From: Prorocentrum cordatum
Lineage: Eukaryota
DNA: 54,768 nt
Reading direction: 5' to 3'
Assembly (NCBI GenBank): GCA_963575745.1
Contig: CAUYUJ010000213.1
Span: forward strand, 62,001-116,768
Shown: piece after piece, positions 1-11,929 of the stretch
Numbering within the stretch: the stretch's first letter is position 1
Layout: every line of letters starts with the position of its first letter
Program-made: the position numbers and the translations under genes
Notes under the pieces: model-generated
What the model was told of the DNA's origin: nothing
Databases searched by the model: none
The model's input: only the letters and a program-made list of their open reading frames with translations

Positions 1-569
1 AGGACGCGCGCGACACGCCCGGGGAATCCCCGGGGAATCCCGGGAATCCCCAGAAATCCCCAGAAATCTTGGGACATCTTTGTGTAAGTGGTGGACTGGG
101 CCTTTAAGACCTTATAGAACCCTACACTCTGAACTTCTCAGGGCTGCATGAGCCTTGGGGCACTCCACTACGTGCTGCAGGCACGGCGGATGATTGGTGT
201 TTGTTATCGATGGTGGCTATTTGTCTGGTATACGTTTATGTTTGCCAGTTCGTGGTGAAAGTGAACGGTGTCTTTTATTTGATGTAGTATGTTGGCAGTG
301 GTTGCTGTTGGTGGTTGTCCTCGATGCATTTTGGCAGTGTGACGCTTGCGAAACGCTGTGTCGCCTACACCTCCATGGTGGGGTTGTCGGTGAGTCCCGC
401 CTTTTCTATGCGTGTCGTTGTCTGCTAATTCTTTATGATATATAATGGTCTTCGGGCTCAGGTTGCCGGTCAAAAGGTCTGTTGGATGCTCGTGGAGATA
501 TTGCGAAGGCCTGACGGCCGGTACCGCCGACCCTGAGTGGCGACGGCGACGACGACGACGACGATGAGC

Positions 570-2020
570 GCTCTCTGAGGCCTCTTGGGGGTAGTTTTGG
601 GGCCTGTTGGGTGGCTCTCGGGGGCCGCTTGGGTGGCTCTTGGGGGCCTCTTGGCGCTTCCTGGGGGTCTTTTGGGGGCTTCTTGGAGCCTCTTGGGGGG
701 CTTCTTGGGAGCCTCTGGGGGCCTCCTTAGAGCTTCTCAGGGGGGCGAGGGCTCGAAATGACCGTTCGGGTCCCCCGTCTGGGCTCTCTTTTGGAGCCGT
801 CTTGGGGGGCCTCTTCGGCTGTCTTGGAGGCCTCTTGGGCGGTCTTGGGGCCCTCTTGGGTCGTTTTGGGCCCCTTTGGGAGGCCTCTTGGGCCATCTTG
901 GGGCGGTCTTGGGGACCTCTTGGCCCGTCGTGGAGCGTCTGGAAGCTGACAAAGCGACAATGCCGAAATCTTTCAAAAACCTTAGGGAAATCTGTGAATT
1001 TTGCCCTTTGGTGTCCTCTTGGAAGTTCTCTTGGAATCCTCTTGGGGCTTTTTGGGAACATGTTTGAGCCGTCTGGAGGCTACTGCGGCGACTTGGACCG
1101 ATACTTCGGCGATTCGGAGCCCTCGAGGTCCGTCTTGGGGGCATCTTGGTTGGGGCACTTTTGCCGCGTCTTGGGGATTTTCTGGGCCCCCGAACCGCCC
1201 GGGGGGGACGTTGTATCTGGGTGGCGGCCACCCCCGGGACCCCCCCGGGACCCCCTCTCCCGGGCTACCCCCCGCCCCCCCCCTTGCGGGGAGGGGATAA
1301 AATGGAAGGGGCTTCCCTTTGACTCAACTACAACATTGCTCAATTTCGCTGTGGCTGGCGCGCTCGAGGAGGAGGGCCTGGTGAAAGTGGGGGGAGCGGC
1401 GTCGGGCCTGGAAGGGGAGGGGTAGCGGCGAAAGCGACGTCGACGATGACGACAACGACCACGACGACGACGGCGAGTCAAACGGAACAGCCCGTGGAGA
1501 TAGTTTTTGGAGGCCCCTCGGAAGCCACGTGGGGGCGGCCTTGGGGGTGTTGTGCAGGCCTCTCGTTTTTGTTTCTAGGAGGGCCCCCTGGGGCTTGATT
1601 GGGGGCCTTCTTTGGAGCCTCCTGGGGCTTCCTGTGGTGCCCTGGGGGACCTCCTGGCGGTTTGGGGGAACTATCTTGGTTATACGAGAATGCGACATGA
1701 CAGTTCGCGTTTCCCCTCTTTGGGATCTCTTGGGCTATCTTGGGGCGATCTTGGAGGTCTCCTCGGCCGTCTTGAAGCATCGGGCGCCCGAAAAGGCGAG
1801 AACTGTAAAAGAATTTAAACACCTGCGGAACATATATGATTTGGGCATCTCGGGCCCTTTTGGGGGGGCCTCTTGGAGCCTTGGGGCGTGTTGGGGGCGC
1901 CTTAGGCCATCTTACGGCCGGCCATCTGAGGTGTTTTGAAACGCCCTTGGGCCTTCTCGGGGGTCTTTGCGGATTCTTCGGTAGGCTTCTTAGGGCCAGG
2001 GGCCATTTTGGCATGTTTGG
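570..2020. repeat. Two adjacent copies of a CTCTTGGG-rich dispersed repeat; a fragment also at ~37590-37770
   Basis: Iterated GGCCTCTTGGG/GTCTTGGG submotifs with the same internal layout at ~570-1260 and ~1500-2020. Confidence 0.7.
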
Positions 2021-2216
2021 GGCTGTTGGCGAGCTCGCCCTGCACTCCAGTACGCTCCAGGATCGCCGGGGAGATTCTGGCAGAGGGTTGGCCAGGCCAT
2101 TCAGAATGGTACAAGCTGAGAGTCCCTGTACGACGCACAGTGTCAGGAGCCTTCGGGCACTCCATTACGTGCCGAACGCACGGTGGCGACTCTGTGTGCT
2201 TGCTCCTCTTTGTGCA

Positions 2217-2306
2217 TGGGAAGTGGGGGGGAAGACAAAAACCCAGAAAATATTGGGAATCTTTTTATTTGTGTGTATTTATTTGTGTGTCCCAGGGCCC
2301 CTTCAT
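2217..2306 (+). repeat. Dispersed repeat end; second copy at ~30993-31092
   Basis: Shared GGGAAGACAAAA.CCCAGAAAATAT...TTTATTTGTGTGTATTTATTTGTGTGT...GGGCCCCTTCAT. Confidence 0.75.
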
Positions 2307-2967
2307 TGGTGTCTAATCTGTGTGTAGGCCCTGGAAGTACAAGCGGGAGGCGCGGCAGCACGGGCCGCTGTAGCAGGGGGAGGACGAGGAGGAACAGGGT
2401 CAGGATGATGATGATCAGGATAAGCGGCGCCAGGAGCTGAAGGGAGGACGGGTACACCTGGCGTCTGCGAAAGCGTCGGCGGCCTCCACGACGACGGCCA
2501 CACCATAACCCCGACCACGATCGCGGCCACAGTGACGACGGCAGCGATTGCGAGCGCGTCGACGGCGGCCACGACGACGGCGACCCGCGTCGGTCAGGTC
2601 GGCCAGAGGCCTCTGGTCGGGCGGGGCTAGGACGGAGGATGAATTCGCTCCAGAGCGTTGCGGTACGCTCTCAGAGCATTCCGGAACGCTCTGAGAAGGC
2701 CGCGGCGCCCGATACAATTTGCAGAGCTGCCGGATCTCCGAGATTCTCGATTCAGCCTCACCCGATTTCGCCCTCGTCTTGGCTGCGTCTTGCTCCGAGG
2801 GTCTCTGGTGGAGGTCCCCGCAGGCCCCTATGGCCCTGCATGGGGCAGAGCCGGCGTCCAGAGTCCAGAGGCCGCCGGAGCCCGGCCAGAGCTCCCAAGC
2901 GCTGTCCGAGGGCAAGGCGGGCCGAGGCCGAGGCCGAGGCCGAGGCCGAGGCCGAGGCCGAGGCCGA

Positions 2968-3099
2968 GGCATCGCTCGGACGTGTGCATTTTTTTTTTTT
3001 CTCGGCGAGGACCATCGAGGACCATCCTGGACCCTCGAGCGACCAACAACACGCGCGAAACCGAAAATGTGCACGGGAAGTGGACGTCCGAGCGATGGC
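2968..3099 (+). mobile_element. MITE-like family A copy 1
   Basis: CATCGCTCGGACGT...ACGTCCGAGCGATG inverted ends; internal TCGGCGAGGACCATCGAGGA. Confidence 0.75.
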
Positions 3100-3183
3100 G
3101 GCCAGAGGCCGAGGCCGACGCCGAGGCCCAGGCCGACGACGAGGCCGATCGTGAGCAGCGGCGGGCGCTGGCGGCACCGCCAG

Positions 3184-3299
3184 GTGCAGGACCAGCGCCT
3201 CGCTGTCGTGGCGGCGGGCGCGTCCGAGGCCTCCGCGCCGGCGGGCGCCGAGGCAGCCACGGGCGCCGGCAGCAGAGACGCGGCGCCGCAGCGCGAAAG
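3184..3299 (+). CDS. Putative exon of host membrane-protein gene (VQDQRLAVV...QRE)
   Basis: CAG|G acceptor, AG|GT donor; phase 2 fits the next exon at 3996. Confidence 0.35.
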
Positions 3300-3995
3300 G
3301 TCCTGGCGCGGCCGTCGTCGCCGCCGCCGCCGTCGTCGTGGCCGTTGCCGTCGGCTGCCTCGTCGTCTTCGCCTTCGCCGTCTTCGTTGCCGTCGGCTGC
3401 CTCGTCGTTGTCGTCTTGCCGTCGGCGTCGTCGTCGTCGTCGTCGTCGTCGTTGCCGTCGCCGTCGCCGTCGTCGTTGCGGCCGCCGCCGCCGTCGTCGT
3501 CTCTGCCGTTCGCCGTCGTCTTTTGCCTCGCGTTCATCCTCGCCTTTGTCGTCCACGTCGCCACCCTCGTCGTCGACGTCGTTGTCGTCGTCGGAGGTGG
3601 ATCGGGGTCTAGAAACATTTGAGCATGTTGATAAGACCCTAGCTCTGGAGGGGGCATATTCTAACGGGTTTCACTGGTACCCGGGTGGTTCAGCGGAGGA
3701 GGAGGAGGAGAAGGAGGAGGAGGAGGAGCAGGAGGAGGAGGAGGAGGAGGAGGAGGAGGAGGAGGGGAGCGATCGTGAGGGAGCAGGGTACGAGGGCGAG
3801 GAGGGAGGCGGGAGAAGGAGGCAGGAGGCTCATGGCTGAGAGGGGGCGAGGGGAAGCATGTGGGTGTGGATGATGCTGATGATTCAGGAAGACAAGGGGG
3901 CTACTGGGGTGATGCAGGGAGCACGGAGCCGAGGGAGGCTCCCGCGCGCGAGGGGGCTCGCGCGCGCGCGCCCACCTCGCGCCCGCTCCCGCGAG

Positions 3996-4050
3996 CGGCT
4001 ACGCCAGCACGAACCGCTCCACTGTGCCGTCCTGGATCCGCGACGAGCAG
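3996..4050 (+). CDS. Exon of host membrane-protein gene (GYASTNRSTVPSWIRDEQ)
   Basis: AG acceptor, CAG|GA donor; joins in frame to VIDKG at 13639. Confidence 0.6.
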
Positions 4051-4533
4051 GATCGGGGCGGGGCGGGGCCGTCGTCGTCCTCGATCGAGGAGCAGCGGGG
4101 GGATGCTGCTGATGAGGGGATGAGTCAGAGACCCGCATCATAAGGGGTAACTCGGGTCAGGGCCAACTCGGGTTCGTGTTTCGGGAGTCCGAACCCGAGT
4201 CATCCCGGGCCCGAGTTACCCTGGATATTTCGGGCGTCCAGAGCCCCGAATCATCAGGGGTAACTCGGGTCAGGGCTAACTCGGGTTCGTTTTTCGGGAA
4301 TCCAAGCCCGGGTTACCCCGGACCAGAGTTACCCCGGATACTTCGGGCGCCCAAGTCGTCCTCGATCGAGGAGCAGCGGGGGACGCTGCTGATGAGGGGG
4401 GTGCATGGCGGTCGTGGTCGTCGCCGCTGGAGGAGGTGGCGGGGTGGTGCGGCGCGTGGGGGTTGCTGGGATGTCGGGGGGGGGGGAGGAACGAGGTGGG
4501 CGACGTAGACAAAGCGGGGTCGTCTGCATCAAT

Positions 4534-4680
4534 CTTGGCGCGCAGGCTGCCCGCGTAAGATCGCGCGTGAGCGCCCTCGTTTCCCAAGAGGTGCGCTGCG
4601 CTGGCGGCCCGTGTAAGGCTTCGCGTAAGGTTACCATGCCATCTCGAGTACGACCCGTTTCTTTTCGTCGCTCAGGGGGT
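4534..4680 (+). repeat. Dispersed repeat; second copy at ~28735-28885
   Basis: Shared GCTGCCC..GTAAG.TCGCGCGT.AGCGC.CTCGTTTCC...GCGCTGGCGGCCCG. Confidence 0.7.
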
Positions 4681-5839
4681 TCTTAGCACAAAGACTTAAA
4701 CATACATTTTGGCAGGATCTGCGCTGGTCCCCCCTGCCGGGGCATCGGGCGTCGCCCCTGGCGCGGTCCGCGCGCCAGGGAGGGGGGTCCAGCGCGAGTC
4801 CAACAGATTTCCGCGCGGACCTCCGCAAGTGTACAGTGGGGGCGCGCATCAGGAAACCAGATGCTTAGGGCACCGTGGGTTTAGGTTCGTGAATTGACTA
4901 CAGGCGGTCCATAGGAAAACCTGCCGAACTCTTCAAACCATCTTCGGCCGGAAGTTCAAACTCCAAATTCTTTTCAATAATCTTGAATGGGAAACTCAAA
5001 ATCTAAGACAGCCTGAGAAAATCTTCGCTCCGCGCGCTGCGCGGTGACTTCCCGCAGCCGTTGAAGAAACTGCTGCTCTCAGGGTGCTCCCGGTTCCCCC
5101 TCAGGTGCGCCCCGCGCGCGGGTGTTCAGGGTCGGGTTTCTCTTGCGAGGGTGTTTATGTTTATGCAGCTGATTGCTCCTCTACAGTCGGGCCGCTGAAG
5201 CAGGAAACCTTTTCGTTTGGGAGAGGCTCCGTGTTCCTCAGTTGTTTTGCAATGCTCCTTGGGTTTTCCTGAGCTGTTCAAGGGAACATCGGAGTTTAAC
5301 TTATGGGAAAAAGGGACCTCGTTCCTTATTTATCGCTCCTTAGGTCAAGGCCCCGACTGTACGCTTGGGTTGTCTGAGGGCGCGGCGGGGAAGAGCATAA
5401 CGGCATGGCATCAAGCCCAGGCGGCTCTGCCGCAGGATGGGGGAGTTCGACGGAGGGGCCAGCCTTGGCCACTGCGGCGCCCGCGCAGGAGGGGGCCGAG
5501 AGGAGGGAGGATGTGGAGGAGTAAGGGCGATGGGGGGAGGAAGATGATGAGGATCTGGAGCAGGCGGTGGAGGAGGCGGCCGGAGGAGGAGTGAGGGGGG
5601 AGTTGTGGGAGGTGGCTGACGAGGAGGAGGAGGAGGAGCAAGGGGAGCATGGAGGACGAAGCCTGCAGGAGGTGGAGGAGTAGCAGCCCGCGCCCAGCTC
5701 TCGGAACGCCGCGAGCGCTGACGCGAAGGACTGCGAGCTCAGGTCTAGAGGCGGGCACCCTCGAGGAGCAAACGTGGGACCTCCTTCTCCGCGCTGGCGA
5801 GGGCAGGCATCCTCGTGCACAAGCAGTGCGCGGGCACGC

Positions 5840-6112
5840 CTTGGGAGAGGCGAGCGTCAGCGCGTTGAACAGCGGTGGCAGGACGAGGCGGGTCTTGGCG
5901 ATCAAGATGACGTGGGGAGCCACGGCGAATGGCATCCCATCCCGGCTCCGCCTCGTCTTCCAGAGGTGTGCGTCAGGTAACAGGCCCATGGCCGCCACGC
6001 GGGCAAGCAGGCCAACCGGGCGAAAATTGCACCGGGCCGTCCGACAGAGGACGTGCGCCGCCGTGCTGGTCTCCTCGCGCATCTCCGGCAACGTCAGCAA
6101 GGTCCGCGTCAT
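5840..6112 (-). other. Possible isolated antisense exon (91 codons) inside the host intron
   Basis: Pyrimidine tract + CAG acceptor, AAG|GC donor, one open frame; no recognised product. Confidence 0.25.
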
Positions 6113-6504
6113 CTGAGAGAACGCGTTTCACGGGCGCTTGCCCTGGGAACACTCGGCGGCGCGTTTCGGACTGGGGGGTGGCCCCCCCCCCGACACTCGG
6201 CGCCGTCGATCAAAACCAGGGGGACTCCCCTCCCCCCAAACCCCCCCCCCTCCCGAACTCCCCCCCCCCCCCCCTCCTCCCAAGGGGGGGGGTGTTAAAA
6301 CCCCCCCCCTCCCCCCCCCCTTTGGCGCCAGCGCCGGCGGCCGCCAGCAGCGCCGACAGCGGGGACGCAGCGACGATGACCAGAGGCAGCCTAGGGGGGG
6401 AGGGGGGAGGGGTTCAAACCCCCCCCCCTGGCGCCGGCGACGGCGACGGCGCGGGCGGCGGCCAGCAGCGCCGGCGCCGGCGACGGCGGGGACGCAGAGA
6501 CGAT

Positions 6505-7095
6505 AAACCACCACTACCACCACCACCACTTCGCTACCACCGCCACAACCGTCTAAACCCACCAGAACCACCACACCCACCACCAACCCACCACACAACC
6601 ACCACCACAACCACAGCCACCACCACCACCGACCACCACTACCACAATCCACCATCGCCGCCGCCACAAAAACCTATCACCACTACCAGCCTCGCAACCC
6701 ACCACCATCACCACAAACCACCACACCACCACCACCACCGCTGCCACCGCCACCACCACCACCAGTACCACCTTCACAAATCACCGCAACGACCACAACA
6801 CACCACCACCACCACCACCACAAACCACTACCATACCACCACCAAGCCACCACCATACCACCACAACCCACCCCACCACCACAACCACAAACCACCACAA
6901 CACCACCACCCCACCACCACCACCACCACCAAACCACCACCACCACCACCACCACCACCACGTCCACCACAAACACCACCACCACCCACCACAACCACCA
7001 CCACAACAAACCACCACACCACCACCACCACAACCACCACCACCAAAACCAACACCACCAAAACCCACCACCACCACTACCACCACCACTACCAC
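6505..7095. repeat. Degenerate (CAC/ACC)n microsatellite
   Basis: Direct inspection. Confidence 0.9.
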
Positions 7096-8237
7096 CGTCG
7101 TCCTCGTCGACGCTTCCCGCCGCCGCCGCCCGCCGCCCCAGGCGCCGGCGCCGGCCCAGACAAGGGAATCGTCGTTTTTGCCGCCGCCACCAGCCGCCGC
7201 CGCCGCCAGCCGCCGCCGACGCCAGTGGGGGGGTGTTCGAACCCCCCCCCCGCCACGGGAGGTGAAGGGGGGGTCCGGTTCCGGACCCCCCCTCCAGGCG
7301 ACCACTGAACGCGCTCATTCCGTCATTTCCGACACGGGATGATTCGGACGTGGCGTTCCGGGACCCCCCGGGCATGTGGGGCGTCTTCCGTCAGCCAGCG
7401 GGCGCAATGAACGCCCCGGCGTACCACGCCATGCAGTGGATGATCTGTCTCCGCACTGGCGTCGCAGTCGCTGTCAACAGCGATGGCCGGATCTGGTGCC
7501 TCACGGGGTCTATGCCCGTGTCAGAGGTTGAAGCGGCGGAGGATATTTCGACTGGCCGCCTCGGGGCGCGCTGGACCGTCTGTGCACGTTCGGTGCGGCA
7601 CGCCTTGCGCGCTAGCGCGCCAGCTCAGCCAGCCCCTGTTTGTTTCGTTCGGCAGCCCCCTGCTCGCGGCCTTGCAATGCACGCAGGCGGCGGCGGCCCC
7701 CCTGGCTCGGCGCGCGGGGCGGCGCCGGTCACGCACACCAGGGTCGGCGCGGCACTCGAGCAGTTGCACTTGGCGCTGCGAGCTGCGGAGGAGGAGCGAT
7801 ATTCGTCGGCTTCGCAGGCGGCCTTCCAAGGCCCGACCCCCGGCACACCGACGCTGCGTGGAGCGGCGGCCCACATCTGGGCAGCGGCGTCTCGCCACGA
7901 TCTGTCCAGCCTTTACGGGGGGGCCGCTGGGGCGAGGACGCCACGGCGCGCGCGCTGCCAGGCATTGCAGGCGCCGCCCGCGCCCTGGCCCAAGGTCGCC
8001 AGAACACCGCGCAGACGATGAAGCGGTTCGCGGCCGCCACTCCCGGTCGGCGCATGGCAGCCCCCAGGTCTCCGTGCGACGGCTTACTCGGGCCCAGTGA
8101 GAGAGGCCACACGGCGGGCCGAAGCGGCGCCTCTGGCGCGACATGGTAGCTGCCCCCTCGTCGGCGGCGTCGGCGTAGGCCTCTCTGGGAGCGCAAACCC
8201 TGCCGGCGCGATCCCGGCGCTCGCGCTCGAGCTATGG

Positions 8238-8409
8238 TCGGGGGTGGACAGAACCATCAACAGTGACACGTCGATTAGTGAATTGTCCGTTGTCGGTTCT
8301 CGAGATGGCGCCGTGGCCGTTATTTCCCAGGCTTGCGCCCGCCAGGTTTGGGCCTCAGGTCGTTTTCACTAAGCCACGTTGTACTGAAGGGGAGTCTGTC
8401 CATTCCCGA
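8238..8409. mobile_element. MITE family B copy 1, with 5-bp TSD TATGG
   Basis: TIRs TCGGGGGTGGACAGA / TCTGTCCATTCCCGA; TATGG at 8233-8237 and 8410-8414. Confidence 0.75.
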
Positions 8410-10177
8410 TATGGTGAGATCTCGGCATCTTGATGGGCTCGCTCGGTGTCGAGTTATTCGTCTGCGCTGAGTGTTATCTACTCGAGGGCGCAGACCTGGG
8501 GCGCCGCCTTCCGGATTCCCCCGTTTCGCCGCGCGGCCCGTGGACAGCATCGCATGGCGTAGCGTGCGGCTTCAGCGCTCAAGGGGGGTCGCCAGCCCAC
8601 TGGCTGCAGTCGGCGTCGAACGCCGAGCGCGTCGCGCGGTTCGCCGTCGGCCCCGCCCCGATCGCTGGAGGTTTCGCGATCCCGGCCGAGGGCCCCGAGG
8701 CGCCCGCGGAGACGCGGCGGGGCCTCGCGAAGTGCGACGCCCTGTGGGCCAGTCCATCTGGTCCAGCGCCAGTGGCAGGATCGTTGCTCGCAGCGACCTG
8801 GGCCCCCGCCCCGCGCGCGAAGCCGCGCGCCGCTCTGGGCTTGCCAGCCGGGGCCTCCAAGATCTGGCGCGGCAGGGCGCGCCCGCCCACGCCGAGGGGA
8901 GGGGGCTGAACGTCGCGCGGGGAACGGGGCCAGCGAAGCGGACGGCGGCCGCCCACGCTGGCAACCACTGTCGGGGCCAGGGCTGCTCCGGGGGGCGCTG
9001 CGGCAGGCGCCTGGAGTCGTTCGGCAGGAGCGACCTCGACCATGTCCCAGTGGCCCCGCCCCTGGCGCGGGGGCCCCCAAGACTAGGGGCAGCCGTGAAC
9101 GGAAGGAAGGCGCGGCCAGCAGTGATATTGGTTCTGGCGCCGAGACCCTGCGGAGTGGCAAGAGGTCGGAGACGCGCGCCTCAGGCAGTGCCCCTGGGCG
9201 GCGGCGCCGGAGCTTGAGCGCTGCGCGCGTCGCGAGGCCAGCTGGCGAGCCTGGGGCGCCCTTGAGATGGCAGTCGCGGCAGCCTCGTGGGCATGGCGCG
9301 CCGCCGTGGCGCCCGCCGCGATCCACGGGTAGTTCACTGGCGTCGCGCAGGGCGCGGGCAGCGCGACCCCCAGTGCCCTGCCCCAGGCGCTCGCCCGAGA
9401 GACCGCCTCGGCACTCCGCGCCCGCGTTGCGGGCCACGCCAAAGGTGCTTCTGGGCCGCGACGCTGGGGCCCCGGAGGTCTACCTGGCGAGGCTGCTGCG
9501 GGAGCGGGGGCGCCAGCTCCCAGATCCTCGGGGCCCAACCTACTCGAGGGCGACGCGGCCATCGCAGATGCGGCAGAGTACATTGCGGAGCGCGGGGCTG
9601 ACAGGGAGGTGCAGCGGCCGGGTCTCGACGAGGGGGAGATCGATCCGGGCCGCCTCCGCCCGCCGGCTGGACTCCCGAGCCGAGCGGCGGCCATGGCGCG
9701 ATGCGCGGTGCAGCGATCGCGTGGCGTACGCCAACGAACAATCCACGGGTGACATGGATCACATCCGCGCGGGCCGCGCAGCAGCGTGCCTACCCTGCGC
9801 CGCAGTCGCGCTCCTCGCGCCGAGCAGCTTGGCCTTCTGCTCGCGGCGCAAAGCGCGCCCAGATTCTTCCGCGCGATTCCGCGGGAATGGAATGCGCAGC
9901 CAACGTGTCACAAGCACAGGGCGGGCCGGCCGCGGTCGGCCTGTAGCTGCTACTGGACGTTCAGCACCATTACATTAGAGCTCGGAGTGGCTGCGGAGCT
10001 GCGGGCGCGGGGGGCTGAGTCAGATACGTTGGAAGCCGCAGGGCGCGCGCAACTGGGTCGCGAAGATGCTTTGCGCGCGTCGCATTGGAGACGAGGCTTG
10101 CGAGAGGGGCACTGGATCTGCTCATCGGGGAGTGCTTCGCCGACCTGGCCAGCGCGTTTGACGCAGCCTTCCCATGC

Positions 10178-10346
10178 TCGGGGGTGGGCAGAACCCCCGC
10201 CCTGACACGTCGATTAGTGAATTGTTTGTTTTCGGTTCTCGAGAGGGCGCCGCGGCCGTCATTTTCCAGACTGGCACCGGCCAGGTTTGGGCCCGAGGTC
10301 GTTTTCGCGAAACCACGACCTTACAGGGGGTTCTGCCCATCCCCAA
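10178..10346. mobile_element. MITE family B copy 2
   Basis: GGGGTGGGCAGAACCCCC / GGGGGTTCTGCCCATCCCC inverted ends; shared TGACACGTCGATTAGTGAATTG core. Confidence 0.7.
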
Positions 10347-11755
10347 CAGACGCTGCGGTCGCGGACATCCGCGACGTCGCCGATCTTCGCGGAGAAGCTC
10401 GTGTCCTCCCGTCGCAGATGTTTGTTGGGGCGGCCACCCGAGTGACTTCGAAGCGCTTCGTTTCTGCCGCGGTGGCCCGGGCGCGACGGATGGTCGCCGC
10501 CTCGCGCCGCGCTCTTTTGGCCGCCTCGCCCATCGGTTCGCGGGGGCTGAAGAGGGGCGCGCTGGTGCCGGCCCCGCCGGGAGAAGCCAAGGGCGCTGGC
10601 GCCGCCCTCCGGCGGGCGGCGACGCGCGGCTGCCTCGTTCGGGAAGCCCCGGCGGCGACGCGCGCCGGCCGCGCGGGCGCCCGCGGCTGGAATGCGCGCG
10701 TGGCCGACGCAGGCGGCGATCAAGGAAAAGCAAACGGCCTTTGACATGTTGATCTGCCCGACGCACCCCTAAATCTAGGCTCTTGTTCGCGCGCGGTCGA
10801 CGCGTCGAGGTCTTCCATGTCGGGCGCGCGTTTCAGGGTGCTCTGGTCTCGCGAGGGTCGACCTTGAAGGGCCCGCATGGTCGGGGTTCACAGTTGAACC
10901 CCCGCGATCGGGTCTGTATTCGAGGTCCTTCGCGCAGGCTTATCTTCGGGGGGCTTGTTTTTGCGTTTCGCCGAAGCGACGACCGGAAGCCGCGCGCCCT
11001 GGGCGCAGCCGTTGCCGCGCACACCGGTTTCACCCAATTGCCTGGGGGCGCGCGCTCGACGACGGGTCTGGATGGCTGGCCTGATGCGGCAGGTGGAGCG
11101 CCGACCGCAGCGCGGAGGGGGCGGTTTACTGACGTGGAGTTCCTCTCAGGCCTTCCCATGCGCATCCCCCTGCGCGCGCTCCCGGTGCGGGTGCAGCCGC
11201 GCGCGTGCCTCGCGGTGCCGCTGTTCCTGGCGCGACCGGACTGGGGGGCCCGCCTTTTTGCGGCGCCGGACCGCTGGGTCACCTGACCTCCCGATCCAGA
11301 GCAGCCCGCCCCCCGCGCCCAGCTCCTCCGCGAGCCCGGATGCCCGCTGCGACTGGCGACGACGATCCCGCTGGCGGCTGTCGGTTACGCGGCGCGGCCC
11401 CCGGCCAGCGTCCAGGATCGCGGCAGTGGCGGGCCCGCGCAGTCAAGTTGGTTCGCCGCAGTCCACCACCGACACATCAGTGGCTTGGCGCCCCCCGTGC
11501 CCCCGCGCACCCGGCGCGGGCTGAGCGCGAGCGCGGCCTCATCCCAGGGGCGCGGGCGACGCGCGGGCACGGGAGAGCCCGCAACCGCCCAGCGGACGCG
11601 TGTCGCCGCGCGCTACCTGGACGCAGCCGCCCGGCCAGCGCTGATCCCTAGGGGCTCGGCCTGATGAGAGCGGGAGGCCCCCCGCCCCCCGCGGCGCGGC
11701 CTCCAGGCGACGGCGGCGTTCGCAGCGGAGACGGCGGCCCCGCCGGCCGCCATCC

Positions 11756-11929
11756 TCGGAGGTTGATAGACCTCCTACCCTGACACGTCGATTAGCGAGT
11801 TGGCCGTTTTCGGTTCGCGAGAGGGCGTCGCGGCCGTCATTTTTGCGGGTCGCAGCAGAAACGGCGGCCCCGCTGCCCGCCATCCAGACATCTGCTCAGT
11901 TCTAGATCCAGGGGAGGCTCACTTCCCGA
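11756..11929. mobile_element. MITE family B copy 3 (diverged)
   Basis: Same 5' core CCCTGACACGTCGATTAG; ends in TTCCCGA. Confidence 0.5.

Noticed and set aside
204..2014. Long ORFs on both strands (e.g. 285 aa, 272 aa)
   Set aside because: Translations of the CTCTTGGG dispersed repeat; low complexity
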